Below the pieces are notes generated by a model that was not told the DNA's origin, did no database searches, and saw only the letters and a program-made list of their open reading frames with translations. Of a stretch of 64,000 bases of DNA, positions 32,059 through 42,758 are shown one piece after another (position 1 is the stretch's first letter; every line of letters begins with the position of its first letter). The stretch is taken from assembly GCA_948468045.1 (NCBI GenBank), contig CAOKGO010000001.1, positions 15,215 through 79,214 of the forward strand. The letters are read 5' to 3'. The stretch comes from an uncultured Clostridium sp. Its GTDB lineage: Bacteria > Bacillota > Clostridia > TANB77 > CAG-508. The translations under genes were made by a program, and so were the position numbers.

Positions 32059-32247
32059 TCAAGCAAATACTAATGCTTTTTTAGGACAAAAATTAGAACA
32101 TTTTCCACATTTTATACATTTTTGATAGTCTATTTTTGGTGCTTCGAATTCTTTTTGTGTTAATGCTCCTACTGGACATACATTTATAGCAGGACATTTG
32201 TGATTTTGTGGACATTTTTGTATTATTATTTTTAATTTCTTTTCCAT
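32059..32247 (-). CDS. Small 4Fe-4S ferredoxin-type protein
   Basis: Cys clusters CPQNHKCPAINVCP and CIKCGKCSNFCP. Confidence 0.7.
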   Translation of the reverse strand: MEKKLKIIIQKCPQNHKCPAINVCPVGALTQKEFEAPKIDYQKCIKCGKCSNFCPKKALVFA

Positions 32248-32263
32248 TTACTCCTCCTTAACT

Positions 32264-32365
32264 AAAGAGGCATGATTAAAAAATTGTAACCTTTTAGATT
32301 GCTCTTCATGCCTAGTCTTTGTTTGTCTTTCAAATTTGCTTTAGCAAATTTTTGTAGAATGTGTT
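32264..32365. repeat. Composite intergenic repeat, copy 2 (H1 and H2 hairpins)
   Basis: AAAGAGGCATGATTAAAAAATTGTAACCTTTTAGATTGCTCTTCATGCCT.. followed by CAAATTTGCTTTAGCAAATTT. Confidence 0.6.
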
Positions 32366-32538
32366 TTTATTGTATATTTTATAATATTCTCTTAGTTAAT
32401 AGTATAGCACATTTTTTGATGATTTCAATAAATTATATTTTAGTTATAATTTTCTTTATTAATCAATATATTATAACTTTTATATAATATATTGATTTTA
32501 AAAACTGAAGCTTAAAATTATTAAGGTTTTTGTTGAAT

Positions 32539-33078
32539 TTATGATGTGAATTTGTTCCACCATTTTTTCTCTTTTAATATTGCATTTACTAGTTTGAATA
32601 TTGCAAAACCAATTATGCCACCTAAAATGTTTGTTATAATATCATCAATATCAGAGAAACGTCCTATAAAATACTGCAAAAATTCAACACTAAATGTCAT
32701 GTAAAATGATATTAATACTGTTTTGTATAATTTCCTTTTGTTTTTGAATACTGCTGGTATGAAAAATCCTAATGGAATAAATAATATTATATTTGGTACT
32801 TTTTCAACCATAATTTGGTCAAAAATGTCATTTGTTGTTTCTATCCAATTAAATGGTTTTAGGTTTAAAATATGTTGTTCTGGATTAAATGTAATTGGCA
32901 TATATAAAATAGTTGCAAATATAATTAGAAATATTGAACATATTAGGCCAATATAGCTTAATTGCCTAATTACACTTTTACCTTTTTTCTTTAAATATAA
33001 TAATATAGGTATGTATAAAATACTTATAATTAAAATAAATATTAGTGCTAATCTAATATATGATTCTATTCTATGCAA
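32539..33078 (-). CDS. VanZ-family membrane protein
   Basis: NIILFIPLGFFIPAVF and DIDDIITNILGGIIGF motifs. Confidence 0.75.
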   Translation of the reverse strand: MHRIESYIRLALIFILIISILYIPILLYLKKKGKSVIRQLSYIGLICSIFLIIFATILYMPITFNPEQHILNLKPFNWIETTNDIFDQIMVEKVPNIILFIPLGFFIPAVFKNKRKLYKTVLISFYMTFSVEFLQYFIGRFSDIDDIITNILGGIIGFAIFKLVNAILKEKKWWNKFTS

Positions 33079-33241
33079 AATAATACCTCCTTATAAGTAT
33101 AGCTTGATTTTTTAGTCGATTTTTAGCTTTTACTTATTTTTAATTTTACCATATTTTATAAATTGAATAAATACATTTAAGGAAATATTAATTTTATTGA
33201 TAGATAAGTGTTATTTACTTTTTTGAAATTGTATTTAACCT

Positions 33242-33997
33242 TTATTTCTCAATTTTTAAGTTATCTTTTAAATAATTCTTTCTTTTAAATTTATAAATTG
33301 GGGCTGGTTCTCTTTTATGTTTGGATTTTTGGAACATATCTAAAATCTTTCGTTTTGCTTGTTCTTCTGTATTTCCTGTTTCTATCATTTGTGTAATTTG
33401 TTTGTATGTTATTCCCATTTTTTCTTCATCTGTTTGGTCACCTAGTCCATCACTTGGGGCTTTTTTTAGTATTTTTTCTGGCACTTCTAAATATTTTCCA
33501 ATTTCTAATACTTCTTCTACTGTAAAATTTCCTATTGGATTGAAGTCATATGCACTATCTCCCCATTTTGTTGTATATCCTACCATTGATTCACAAAGAT
33601 TTCCTGTTCCTATTACTAAATAGTCCATTGTTTGTGCTATTCCATACAATGTTGTCATTCTTAATCTTGGTTTAATATTGATTGTTGCTTCTTTTGATAG
33701 TTGTATATTTTTCTGTATTTCATCTTCCATTTTTTTATAACAGCTACTTAAATCTACTGTTATATGTTCTACACCAAATTTGTTTGCTACTAATTTTGCG
33801 TCTTCAAAGTCTTCTTTTTTTGAATAACATGGCATAGATACAGCAACTACTTTTTCTTTTCCAAGTGCTTTTACTGCCATTGCAAGCACTGTGGCTGAAT
33901 CTTTTCCACCACTGTTTCCTATAACTACTCCTTTTGCTCCTGCATTTTCTACATATTTTTTTATCCATTGGATAGCATTATTTGCTTCTTCTATCAT
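33242..33997 (-). CDS. nadE: NH3-dependent NAD+ synthetase
   Basis: PP-loop GNSGGKDSATV; 251 aa; adjacent to nadD. Confidence 0.85.
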   Translation of the reverse strand: MIEEANNAIQWIKKYVENAGAKGVVIGNSGGKDSATVLAMAVKALGKEKVVAVSMPCYSKKEDFEDAKLVANKFGVEHITVDLSSCYKKMEDEIQKNIQLSKEATINIKPRLRMTTLYGIAQTMDYLVIGTGNLCESMVGYTTKWGDSAYDFNPIGNFTVEEVLEIGKYLEVPEKILKKAPSDGLGDQTDEEKMGITYKQITQMIETGNTEEQAKRKILDMFQKSKHKREPAPIYKFKRKNYLKDNLKIEK

Positions 33998-34012
33998 TTT
34001 AATTTTTTCCTT

Positions 34013-34612
34013 TCAATTGTATAATTTATTTTGTTCTATATACTTTTCTACTTCATTTGGAGTTAAGTATTTTATGCTTTTTTTGTTTTTTAATTGTGTT
34101 CTTGCATATGTAGAACTTAAGTTACTTTTTATTTGATTTTCAACCCTTTGAAATGCTTGCTTGTTTTTTCTTAAAAATTCATTTGACATGATTATTTCTT
34201 CTATATTATCTATTCCTCTTTCAAAAACATATATTTTAAAGTTTTTTACTATTTCTTGTGCTTGATTCCATGTTTCTAATTCTTTTAAGTTGTCTGTGCC
34301 AGTAGTAAAACATATTTCATTTTTTGGGTATTGTTCTTTTATTTTATTTAATGTTTCTATTGTATGTAATTGTCTTGGAAAGTCAATTTCTATTCTTGAT
34401 ACGTCAAATTTATCGTTTTTGTCACATACCAATTTTAGCATTTGGTATCTATGTTCATTTTCAATTAAGTCTGCTTTTTGATATTTGCTACTTGCTGGCA
34501 TAAATATTATTTTTTCTATTTGCTTATGTTCATTTATTAATTCTTGGGCAAGTGAAAAATGAGAATTTAATGGTGGATTGAAACATCCACCAAATACTAC
34601 TATTTCATTCAT
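34013..34612 (-). CDS. nadD: Nicotinate-nucleotide adenylyltransferase
   Basis: N-terminal VFGGCFNPPLNSH nucleotidyltransferase motif; 199 aa. Confidence 0.8.
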   Translation of the reverse strand: MNEIVVFGGCFNPPLNSHFSLAQELINEHKQIEKIIFMPASSKYQKADLIENEHRYQMLKLVCDKNDKFDVSRIEIDFPRQLHTIETLNKIKEQYPKNEICFTTGTDNLKELETWNQAQEIVKNFKIYVFERGIDNIEEIIMSNEFLRKNKQAFQRVENQIKSNLSSTYARTQLKNKKSIKYLTPNEVEKYIEQNKLYN

Positions 34613-34695
34613 ATTAATTTAATTCCTTCCTAAGGCACTAGTTGGAACATTACTTTCAACCTTGTTTTTCATATTTTTCGCCTATTATATCATAA

Positions 34696-36921
34696 CTATT
34701 TTTCATATTCAAATATCTCTTCTTTTGTGTTTTCTGAATTTGCTCCTACAAATACTTTAAATTCTCCATTTTCTGTTTTATATTCTAAATTTTCATTCCA
34801 AAATTTTAACATCTCTTGTGTTATTTGAAATGTGATTTCTTTTTCTTGGAATGCTTCAAAATAGACTTTTTTAAAGTCTTTTAATTCTTTTGTAGGTCTT
34901 ACTACACTTCCTACTAAGTCTTGTATATATAGTTGTATTACTTCTTTTCCTGGAATTGTGCTATTGTTTTTGACTTTTATTTTTACTGTAATTGGGGTAT
35001 TTTTTGTCATTTTTTTACTACTTATTTTTATGTCAGAATATTCAAAATTAGAGTATGATAAACCATAACCAAATGTATAATAACTTTGTGTTGGTATGTC
35101 TTGGTAACGTGATACATATCGAGTGTTGTTTATATGTGGTCTTCCTGTGTTGTAGTGGTTATAATAAATAGGACATTGGCCAACTGCTTGTGGAAAGCTC
35201 ATTGTTAATCTGCCAGATGGGTTTACTTCTCCAAATATGACATCTGTTATTGCATTTGCCCCTTCTGTTCCTGGAAACCATACTTCTAGCAATGCGTCTA
35301 CGTTTTTAGCTATGTTGTTTAATACAAGTGGTCTACCATTAAATAAGATTGCAACAATTTTTTTGTTTAGTTTTTTTAGCTCTTTTAATAGGTTTTGTTG
35401 TATTTTTGATATTTCTATATCTGCTCTTGAACAAGCTTCTCCTGTTTGTTTGTAATGTTCTCCTATTGCGAGTACGATAATATCTGCTTTTTTTGCAACT
35501 TGGATTGCTTGTTTTAGTAGTTTTGCTTCTATTTCTTTTTCGTTTTCTGTATGGATTTGTTCTAATCCTTCTGCCATTAAAATTTGGTTAATTTCTTTTT
35601 CTTCTAGGATTTGACTTCCTTTTGCACAAAAAAGATTTTCTTTTCCAATTTTATTTTCAAATGCTTCTTTTAGTGTTTGTATTTTTGCTTTGTCTGAAAA
35701 CATAGACCATGAACCAAGTATTGCAATATTATCTGTATATGGCCCAATTAGTGCTATTTTACTGTTTTGGTTTAATGGTAAAGTTTGATTTTCATTTTTT
35801 AATAGCACAAATGTGTCAGATGTTAATTTCCTTGCTTGTTCTAAGTTTTCTTTGCTTTTTAATATTTTCTTTTCTCTTTGTTCATCTATATTTTTATAGG
35901 GATTTTCAAATAAACCTAATTTGTTTTTTAAACTAAGTACTCTAAGTACTGCTTCATCTACTAATTTTAAAGGAACTTTGTTTTCTTCTACTAATTCTTT
36001 TAAGTTGTTTGTATATACATTTGACATCATGTCAATGTCTACTCCTGCCATAATTGCTTTATATGCCGCTTCTTTTTTATCTTTTGATACTCCATGGTTT
36101 ATGGTTTCTTCTATTGCTGAATAGTCTGAAATAATAATTCCTTTAAAACCTAGTTCTTTTCTTAATAAATCTCTTAATAGCCATTTATTAACAGTTGCTG
36201 GAACTCCATTTATTGTGTTAAATGATGTCATTACCATTTGTGCTCCATTGTCTATTCCCTCTTTATATGCTGGTAAATAATATTGTCTGAATTCTCTTTG
36301 TGACATGTCTACTGTGTTATAGTCTCTGCCACTTTCTACTGCTCCATATCCTGCAAAATGCTTGATACAAGCTACTGCATTTCCTAATTTTGAAATGTCT
36401 TGTCCCTGATATGCCTCTACCATTGTTTTTGCATATACTTTTCCTAAATATGGGTCCTCTCCACCTATTGCTTCCATTACTCTTCCCCATCTTGCATCTC
36501 TAACTAAGTCAACCATTGGCGAAAAATTAACATTTGCTCCTGCATTTCCTGCTTCTTCAATTGATATTCTTGTACATTTACGAACTACCTCTATGTCCCA
36601 TGAACATCCTTGTGCAATTGGAATTGGGAAAATAGTTCTATATCCATTTATGACATCTGCCATAAATAAAAGTGGTATTTTTAATCTGTTTTTAGATAAG
36701 TACTCTTCTTGTACTTTCCTAATTTTTTCACATCCTACAATGTTTAAAATAGAGCCTACATTATATAACATTTCATTTGATAATTTTAAGTTTTTCAAAG
36801 GTCCTGTTTGTGTATCTACATTGTCCATTAAGAAGACTTCTCCTGCAACTTGAACTAGTTGACCTATCTTCTCATCTAATGTCATTTCATTTAATAACTC
36901 TAATAGTTTTTCAGTTTTCAT
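34696..36921 (-). CDS. Glycoside hydrolase family 3 beta-glucosidase
   Basis: 741 aa with MTLDEKIGQL, KHFAGYG and GIIISDY motifs and a C-terminal fibronectin-like domain. Confidence 0.9.
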   Translation of the reverse strand: MKTEKLLELLNEMTLDEKIGQLVQVAGEVFLMDNVDTQTGPLKNLKLSNEMLYNVGSILNIVGCEKIRKVQEEYLSKNRLKIPLLFMADVINGYRTIFPIPIAQGCSWDIEVVRKCTRISIEEAGNAGANVNFSPMVDLVRDARWGRVMEAIGGEDPYLGKVYAKTMVEAYQGQDISKLGNAVACIKHFAGYGAVESGRDYNTVDMSQREFRQYYLPAYKEGIDNGAQMVMTSFNTINGVPATVNKWLLRDLLRKELGFKGIIISDYSAIEETINHGVSKDKKEAAYKAIMAGVDIDMMSNVYTNNLKELVEENKVPLKLVDEAVLRVLSLKNKLGLFENPYKNIDEQREKKILKSKENLEQARKLTSDTFVLLKNENQTLPLNQNSKIALIGPYTDNIAILGSWSMFSDKAKIQTLKEAFENKIGKENLFCAKGSQILEEKEINQILMAEGLEQIHTENEKEIEAKLLKQAIQVAKKADIIVLAIGEHYKQTGEACSRADIEISKIQQNLLKELKKLNKKIVAILFNGRPLVLNNIAKNVDALLEVWFPGTEGANAITDVIFGEVNPSGRLTMSFPQAVGQCPIYYNHYNTGRPHINNTRYVSRYQDIPTQSYYTFGYGLSYSNFEYSDIKISSKKMTKNTPITVKIKVKNNSTIPGKEVIQLYIQDLVGSVVRPTKELKDFKKVYFEAFQEKEITFQITQEMLKFWNENLEYKTENGEFKVFVGANSENTKEEIFEYEK

Positions 36922-36966
36922 ACAATGTTCACCTCTTTTACTTAATTACTGCTTGAGTAATTAACT

Positions 36967-38196
36967 TTATACAACAATATCATTAACTTTAATGTTAGCT
37001 TTTTCTGTTATATTTAGCTTTTCTAATCCATTTTGTACATATTCATTTTTCATAAAATATTCCCAAATTAGACCACTTAAATAGTTTTCTATCATTATCA
37101 TTGAAATTCCTTTGTCAATTCCAATGCATTCTTTTGCATACCATGGTTTTTTTCCATCTAAGTTATATGCATCTTTAAATCCGTATTTTCCCCAAAATTT
37201 TGAATAATGTGCATAATGTGTTAATGCGTTAATTGATAGTTCTGGTGTAAATACTATTGAACCTGCTGCACCACTAGGAGAGATTGTTCCATCGTTTTCT
37301 TCTAATGTACTAAAAGCTGGCATTGCTCCAAACCCGCCATTATAGCCTTTTGGCCCAATACATGCAGTTAGTCCCCATGAATTTTCTCCAAATGTTTTAT
37401 ATTTTTCTTTGTTTTCTATGCAATATTCTCGGTTTGCTAATGTTGCTTTTATTGAGTTTTCAAACCAGTCAATTCCTTGCTCATCTTTTCTGTTTCTAAA
37501 GTCTATCCAAGCATGAGAATATTGGTATGTAAATAGTGTTCCACAATATGTATAAACTATATTTTTTATTTGTTTGTAGTCTGTTACTGGTTTTTGAAAA
37601 TCTTTATATGTACTAACTTCTACTGGAAAAGTAGGTGATGCTACTGCTAAAATGTATAACATTAATTGTTCTGCATACATATCCCAATGTCCAGAAAATC
37701 CACTTTCTGGTAAATATCCCATATAAAATTGATTTGTGCTTTTGTCTAAGTACCATTCCCAATTTATGTTTTTATAGAGTTTTGTTGCTTTTTCTTTTAC
37801 AGTTCCTCCAAAATATTCTCCTGATAGTAATGCTCCACATATAAAAATTGCTGTGTCAATTATTGAAACTTCTGATTTCCATTCTCTTTTTGCTGTTTCT
37901 AAGTTGATAAAGTGATAGAAAAATCCATTTGTTGATTCCATGTTATTTAAAAAAGTATCTAATGTTTTGCTTACTCTTTCATAGGCTTTAGGAAATGTAA
38001 TCCAGTTTCTTTCTACTCCTATTACTAAAGCTGATAATCCATATCCAACAGATGCAATGCTTGCAATTTTGGGTGATAATACTGATTTGTCCCTAATTAG
38101 TCCATAACCTTTACTGTTTTTGTTTTTGTTCGCTTCTTTAATAAAGAATTTGTAACATCCTCTTAATTCTTTTTTTAAAAGTTCTTTTGCTCTCAT
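36967..38196 (-). CDS. Glucoamylase-family / beta-1,2-glucanase-like glycoside hydrolase (start probably ATG 38196 rather than 38244)
   Basis: Family resemblance (GLIRDKS.., IASVGYGLSALVIG..). AGAGGTGGG precedes the internal ATG. Adjacent to the GH3 gene. Confidence 0.55.
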   Translation of the reverse strand: MRAKELLKKELRGCYKFFIKEANKNKNSKGYGLIRDKSVLSPKIASIASVGYGLSALVIGVERNWITFPKAYERVSKTLDTFLNNMESTNGFFYHFINLETAKREWKSEVSIIDTAIFICGALLSGEYFGGTVKEKATKLYKNINWEWYLDKSTNQFYMGYLPESGFSGHWDMYAEQLMLYILAVASPTFPVEVSTYKDFQKPVTDYKQIKNIVYTYCGTLFTYQYSHAWIDFRNRKDEQGIDWFENSIKATLANREYCIENKEKYKTFGENSWGLTACIGPKGYNGGFGAMPAFSTLEENDGTISPSGAAGSIVFTPELSINALTHYAHYSKFWGKYGFKDAYNLDGKKPWYAKECIGIDKGISMIMIENYLSGLIWEYFMKNEYVQNGLEKLNITEKANIKVNDIVV

Positions 38197-38252
38197 ATAC
38201 CCACCTCTTATTTTATTATAAACTCTAGATTTGTATAAAAGCAATGGAAAAA

Positions 38253-38283
38253 AGAGGATTTAGGGACGGCCCCAAAATCCTCT
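38253..38283 (-). terminator. Hairpin AGAGGATT/AATCCTCT with core GGGACGGCCCC
   Basis: Inverted repeat followed by a U-run on the minus strand. Confidence 0.55.
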
Positions 38284-38421
38284 TTTATTTTTATTTTTTA
38301 ATTTTTCTTCCATTTTGTCTAACTCTAACTGCGATAATTCTTTTGCAGAATAATAGTCGCCATGACTTACACAAGCTATGATTTGTCTTAAAAATTCTAT
38401 ATATTTTTCATCTTCTATCAT
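38260..38421 (-). CDS. Possible 53-aa small protein (MIEDEKYIEFLRQIIACVSHGDYYSAKELSQLELDKMEEKLKNKNKRGFWGRP)
   Basis: ORF below the track cut-off. Weak SD AAGGGA. Divergent from the XRE regulator gene. Its 3' end runs into the hairpin. Confidence 0.3.
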   Translation of the reverse strand: MIEDEKYIEFLRQIIACVSHGDYYSAKELSQLELDKMEEKLKNKNKRGFWGRP

Positions 38422-38662
38422 ATTTCTACATCCCTTTATTTTGTTTTTTTATGCTCTTAATAATATTTTTCGTTTTTATTGGTAACACTAATAGTTGTAT
38501 ATTAATTTTGTCTATCATATCATATTTAACTTGTAAATTCAAGCATTTTTCAAAAAAATAATGTCATTTTATTTCATACCTATCCATAGTAATAATGTGT
38601 TCAACATTTTTAGGCAAGTTGTTATACTAATATTAATACTTTGGATTGTATGGAGGTAGCAA

Positions 38663-39001
38663 ATGAGTTCTATTTCAAAATCTGACATTGATAAAAATTT
38701 TGGCAAAATATTAAGAGATTTTCGTATTAAAAATAAACTAACTCAAGAACAACTATCTGAAAAATTAGGCATTTCTTTAAAATATATTTCTAGAATTGAA
38801 AATGGAAATAATGGCGTAAAGACACAAACTTTGATTAATTATATGAATATTTTAGGTATTACTCCAAATACTATTTTTGCTTCTTTTATTTCTAACCCTG
38901 AATTAGTTAAAAATATTCAGATTTCTGAAAAGATTGCTTGTCTTTCTGATGAGAAAAAAGATTTTTTAAATTCTATTCTCGATTTATTAGAAACTTTATA
39001 G
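38663..39001 (+). CDS. XRE-family helix-turn-helix transcriptional regulator
   Basis: LRDFRIKNKLTQEQLSEKLGISLKYISRIENG. Confidence 0.8.
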   Translation: MSSISKSDIDKNFGKILRDFRIKNKLTQEQLSEKLGISLKYISRIENGNNGVKTQTLINYMNILGITPNTIFASFISNPELVKNIQISEKIACLSDEKKDFLNSILDLLETL

Positions 39002-39076
39002 ATATTTAATTTTTAAAAACCCTATGCAAAATCCTATATTAGGATAATGCTTAGGGTTTTTATTTAACTTTACATA

Positions 39077-39114
39077 ATAATGTCGCAAAAGAAACGTCCC
39101 CAACACGACATTAT
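39077..39114 (-). terminator. GGGAC-core hairpin (ATAATGTCG/CGACATTAT, core ACGTCCCC on plus strand) overlapping the aminopeptidase stop codon
   Basis: Inverted repeat; sibling of 11558 and 46494. Confidence 0.55.
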
Positions 39115-40508
39115 TCTTTCCAAAATGCTTTGTATGTTTCATATGCTGAGTAAATATCGTATTTGCTTGTTACTTCATAAGGTGCATGCATACTAAGTAC
39201 AGGTACTCCACAGTCGATTACATCTGTACCTTTATTAGCTAAGATGTATGCAATTGTTCCTCCTCCACCAACATCTACTTTTCCTAGTTCTGTTAGTTGA
39301 TATTTGATATTATTTTTTTCTAATACATTTCTTACCCATGCTACATATTCTGCATTTGCATCAGATGCTCCTGATTTTCCTCTTACTCCTGTGTATTTTA
39401 CAAGGGCGATTCCATTTCCTAAAAATCCTGCATTTGTTTTGTCTGAAACAGATGCATATATTGGGTCATATCCTGCGTCTACGTCAGATGATAACATTTT
39501 TGAAAAGCAAAATACTTTGTCTAATAAGTTTGGTTTGTTTACTTGTAGTTTATTTAATATTTCTGAAATGAAAAAGTCAAACATATGTGATTCCATTCCC
39601 GTATTACCCATGCTTCCTATTTCTTCTTTGTCTGATAATATACAAACTGCTGTGTTTTTTACATTGTCTAATTCCATCATTGCTGTAAGTGATGTATATG
39701 CACATACTTTGTCATCTTGACCATAGGCTGCTACCATGCTTTCGTCAAATCCTAAACTTCTTGCTCTAAATGCTGGTACTAATTCTATTTCACTACTTGT
39801 TAAGTCTACTTCTGTTATTCCATATTTTTGGTTTAATATATTTAAAATGTTTAGTTTTACTTTTTCTGTTACTTTTTTATCTTGGTATGGAATGCTTCCT
39901 ATTAGTAAATTTAAGTCTTCTCCATCAATTGCATTTCTCATTTTTTTATCCATTTGGTCATATGCTAGATGTGGCAATAGGTCTGTAATTGTGAAGATCG
40001 GGTCATTTTCATCTTCTCCTATATTTATTTCTATTTTTTCTCCATTAGCTTTTACTATTACTCCATGAATACTAAGTGGAATTGTTGTCCATTGATATTT
40101 TTTTATTCCACCATAATAGTGTGTTTTTAAATATGCCATTCCTGTGTCTTCATATAATGGGTTTGGTTTCAAGTCTAGTCTTGGTGAATCTACATGTGAA
40201 CCAATAATATGCATTCCATTTTCTATGTTTTCTTCTCCAATTATTGCTAAGTACATACTTTTTTCTCTATTTACAAAATATACTTTGTCTCCTGGTTTTA
40301 ATGTTTCAAATTCTATAATATCTCTAAAGCCATTGGTGTCAGCCAATTTCCTTGCTTGTTTAATGAATTCTCTTTCTGTTTTTGCTTGGTTAAGAAAATC
40401 CATATAATTTGTAGACAATTTAAATATTTTTTCTTTTTGAGTGTCATCTGCACAATCCCATCCATTTTCTTTTTTGTTAAATAGTTTTTCTTTTAGTTCT
40501 TCTCCCAT
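39111..40508 (-). CDS. M18-family aminopeptidase (start probably ATG 40508; the ORF-track start 40550 lies inside a hairpin)
   Basis: IIGSHVDSPRLDLKPNP, a GGGGT cluster and SMHAPYE motifs. Confidence 0.75.
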   Translation of the reverse strand: MGEELKEKLFNKKENGWDCADDTQKEKIFKLSTNYMDFLNQAKTEREFIKQARKLADTNGFRDIIEFETLKPGDKVYFVNREKSMYLAIIGEENIENGMHIIGSHVDSPRLDLKPNPLYEDTGMAYLKTHYYGGIKKYQWTTIPLSIHGVIVKANGEKIEINIGEDENDPIFTITDLLPHLAYDQMDKKMRNAIDGEDLNLLIGSIPYQDKKVTEKVKLNILNILNQKYGITEVDLTSSEIELVPAFRARSLGFDESMVAAYGQDDKVCAYTSLTAMMELDNVKNTAVCILSDKEEIGSMGNTGMESHMFDFFISEILNKLQVNKPNLLDKVFCFSKMLSSDVDAGYDPIYASVSDKTNAGFLGNGIALVKYTGVRGKSGASDANAEYVAWVRNVLEKNNIKYQLTELGKVDVGGGGTIAYILANKGTDVIDCGVPVLSMHAPYEVTSKYDIYSAYETYKAFWKE

Positions 40509-40539
40509 GTTTTTATCATTCCTTTCTCCTGTTTTATAA

Positions 40540-40577
40540 AAATGAGACATTTGAGACCTGTCCCTACTGTGTCATTT
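40540..40577. terminator. GGGAC-core hairpin (AAATGAGACA/TGTGTCATTT, core CCTGTCCC)
   Basis: Inverted repeat between divergent genes. Confidence 0.5.
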
Positions 40578-40660
40578 TATCATACTAATATTTATTTTTC
40601 CAGTTTTTTTATAATTTATTCCTAAAAATTGGTTATACTATATTATATTATACGAAAGGA

Positions 40661-42175
40661 ATGAAAAAAATGAATTCTTTGTGGTTAGATTCTGATTTAA
40701 AAAGGCCTGCCTTTCCTACTCTTTCTGAGGATGTTGAAGCTGATGTTTGTATTATAGGGGCTGGTATTTTTGGTATTACTTGTGCATATTATTTGAGTTC
40801 TTTAGGTTTTAAGGTAGTTGTTCTTGAAAAAGATGATATAGGTAGAAAGACTACTGGTCATACAACCGCCAAAATTACTAGTCAGCATGATTTGTTTTAT
40901 AATTACTTAGTTTCTTCTTATGGAAATGGATTTGCTAAGGATTACTTAGAAGCAAATGAACAGGCTATTCAGAATATTAAAGATATTATAGATAAAGAAA
41001 AAATTAAGTGTGATTTTGAATATCAAAATAATTATGTTTATGCTACTAAAAAAACTGATTTACCAGCAATAAAAAAGGAGATCTCTAGCTTAGAGTCTAT
41101 TGGTTTTCCTTGTGAGTTGGTTACAAAAACAGGTCTTCCTTTTGAAATTGCAGGTGCAGTTTGCTTTAAAAATCAAGCTCAATTTCATCCTTTAAAATAT
41201 CTTTATGGTTTGGCTAAAAGCATTACTTCTTGTAATGGCAAAATTTATACAAATACTACTGCTACTAATTTAGAACAAAATTTAGATTCTTCTTATACTG
41301 TTTTTGCTAATGATTCTAAAGTTAAATGCAATTTTGTTGTAGTTGCTAGTCATTATCCTTTTATTAATTTTCCTGGTTTTTACTTCTTAAAGATGTATCA
41401 ATCCACATCTTATCTTATTGCTGTGGATACTAAGAAAACTCTTTTTAATGGTATGTATATTAGTTACAGTGACCCTATATTTTCTTATAGAACTGCTAAA
41501 TTTCAAGGAAAAAATTTGTTGCTAATTGGTGGTGGGGAGCATAAAACTGGTCAACCCTCTTGTTTTGAAGATACTTATGGTATTTTAGAAAATGAGGCAA
41601 AAAAGTTCTATCCAGATGCTAAAGTCTTATTTCGTTGGAATACAAGGGATTGTATTTCTCTTGATAAGTTGCCATATGTTGGTAGCTATTCTAATTATAT
41701 GCCTAGAGTATATGTTGGTACAGGTTTTAAAAAATGGGGAATGACTTTGTCTAATGTTGCAAGCTCTATTGTAGTGGATGCTATTTGTGAAAAGGAAAAT
41801 AAGTATGCTTATTTGTTTAATCCGTCTCGTTTAAAACCTATTAAAAATAGAGATGAAATGAAAAATATGTTGGTTCAGTCAACAAATTCTTTGTTATTAG
41901 ATAAGTTTAGACCTGCCAATATGCCTTTTGATGAAGTTCAAAATAATTCTGGTAGTATTATTGATGTTAATGGACAAAAGGTTGGTATATATAAAAATAG
42001 TGATGGCAAAATTTATGCTGTTAAGCCTTTTTGTACACATTTAGGTTGTCAGCTTTCTTGGAATGATGTAGATAAAACTTGGGATTGCCCTTGCCATGGC
42101 TCTCGTTTTGATTATAATGGTAAAAATCTATATGATCCTGCTTTTAAGGATTTAGAAACTTATAATTTGAATTAA
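40661..42175 (+). CDS. FAD-dependent oxidoreductase fused to a C-terminal Rieske [2Fe-2S] domain
   Basis: DVCIIGAGIFGITCAYYL dinucleotide fold. Rieske motif CTHLGCQL..CPCHGSRF. Confidence 0.8.
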   Translation: MKKMNSLWLDSDLKRPAFPTLSEDVEADVCIIGAGIFGITCAYYLSSLGFKVVVLEKDDIGRKTTGHTTAKITSQHDLFYNYLVSSYGNGFAKDYLEANEQAIQNIKDIIDKEKIKCDFEYQNNYVYATKKTDLPAIKKEISSLESIGFPCELVTKTGLPFEIAGAVCFKNQAQFHPLKYLYGLAKSITSCNGKIYTNTTATNLEQNLDSSYTVFANDSKVKCNFVVVASHYPFINFPGFYFLKMYQSTSYLIAVDTKKTLFNGMYISYSDPIFSYRTAKFQGKNLLLIGGGEHKTGQPSCFEDTYGILENEAKKFYPDAKVLFRWNTRDCISLDKLPYVGSYSNYMPRVYVGTGFKKWGMTLSNVASSIVVDAICEKENKYAYLFNPSRLKPIKNRDEMKNMLVQSTNSLLLDKFRPANMPFDEVQNNSGSIIDVNGQKVGIYKNSDGKIYAVKPFCTHLGCQLSWNDVDKTWDCPCHGSRFDYNGKNLYDPAFKDLETYNLN

Positions 42176-42431
42176 TCTACAAAATACTTAAATATATTAA
42201 GTTTTTTGTAAAAACAAAATAATTGTAATAGATATTATGTATTTTATAATTATTGTTATGTTAGTATAATTTAAACTTTTTTGCCGTTTTTGCTTGACTA
42301 AGCTGGTTTTTTTTGCTACAATTTCTTTAATAATCATATATTTATATGTTTTATTTTTTGTTTATTGAACTAGATTTCTCCTTAACAAAGTAATCTAGTT
42401 CTATTTTTTGTGTAAAACTATTATTTAATAG

Positions 42432-42716
42432 AACAAAAGAGGCATGATTAAAATTTTTTGACCTTTTAGATAACTTTTCATGCCTCGTCTTTGTTCGCCT
42501 GCCAAATTTGCTTTAGCAAATTTGTGTAGAATGTATTGATGTTATAGAAAAATCTTTGATTTTTTCTATAACAGAACAAAAGAGGCATGATTAAAATTTT
42601 TTGACCTTTTAGATAACTTTTCATGCCTCGTCTTTGTTCGCTCGCGAAAATTGCAAAGCAATTTTCTGTGGAACTCTTTATATTATAGGAAGTTCGGAGA
42701 ACTTTTCTATAATATA
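42432..42716. repeat. Two tandem copies of the composite three-hairpin intergenic repeat
   Basis: AACAAAAGAGGCATGATTAAAATTTTTTGACCTTTTAGATAACTTTTCATGCCTCGTCTTTGTTCGC occurs twice (42432 and 42574). H2/H3 differ between the copies but keep their pairing. Confidence 0.7.
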
Positions 42717-42720
42717 ACAA

Positions 42721-42758
42721 AAATGAGACAGTTTAGACCTGTCCCTACTGTCTCATTT
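42721..42758 (-). terminator. GGGAC-core hairpin (AAATGAGACA/TGTCTCATTT) overlapping the last codons of the glycosylase gene
   Basis: Inverted repeat. The gene ends ..EMRQ* within the right arm. Confidence 0.5.
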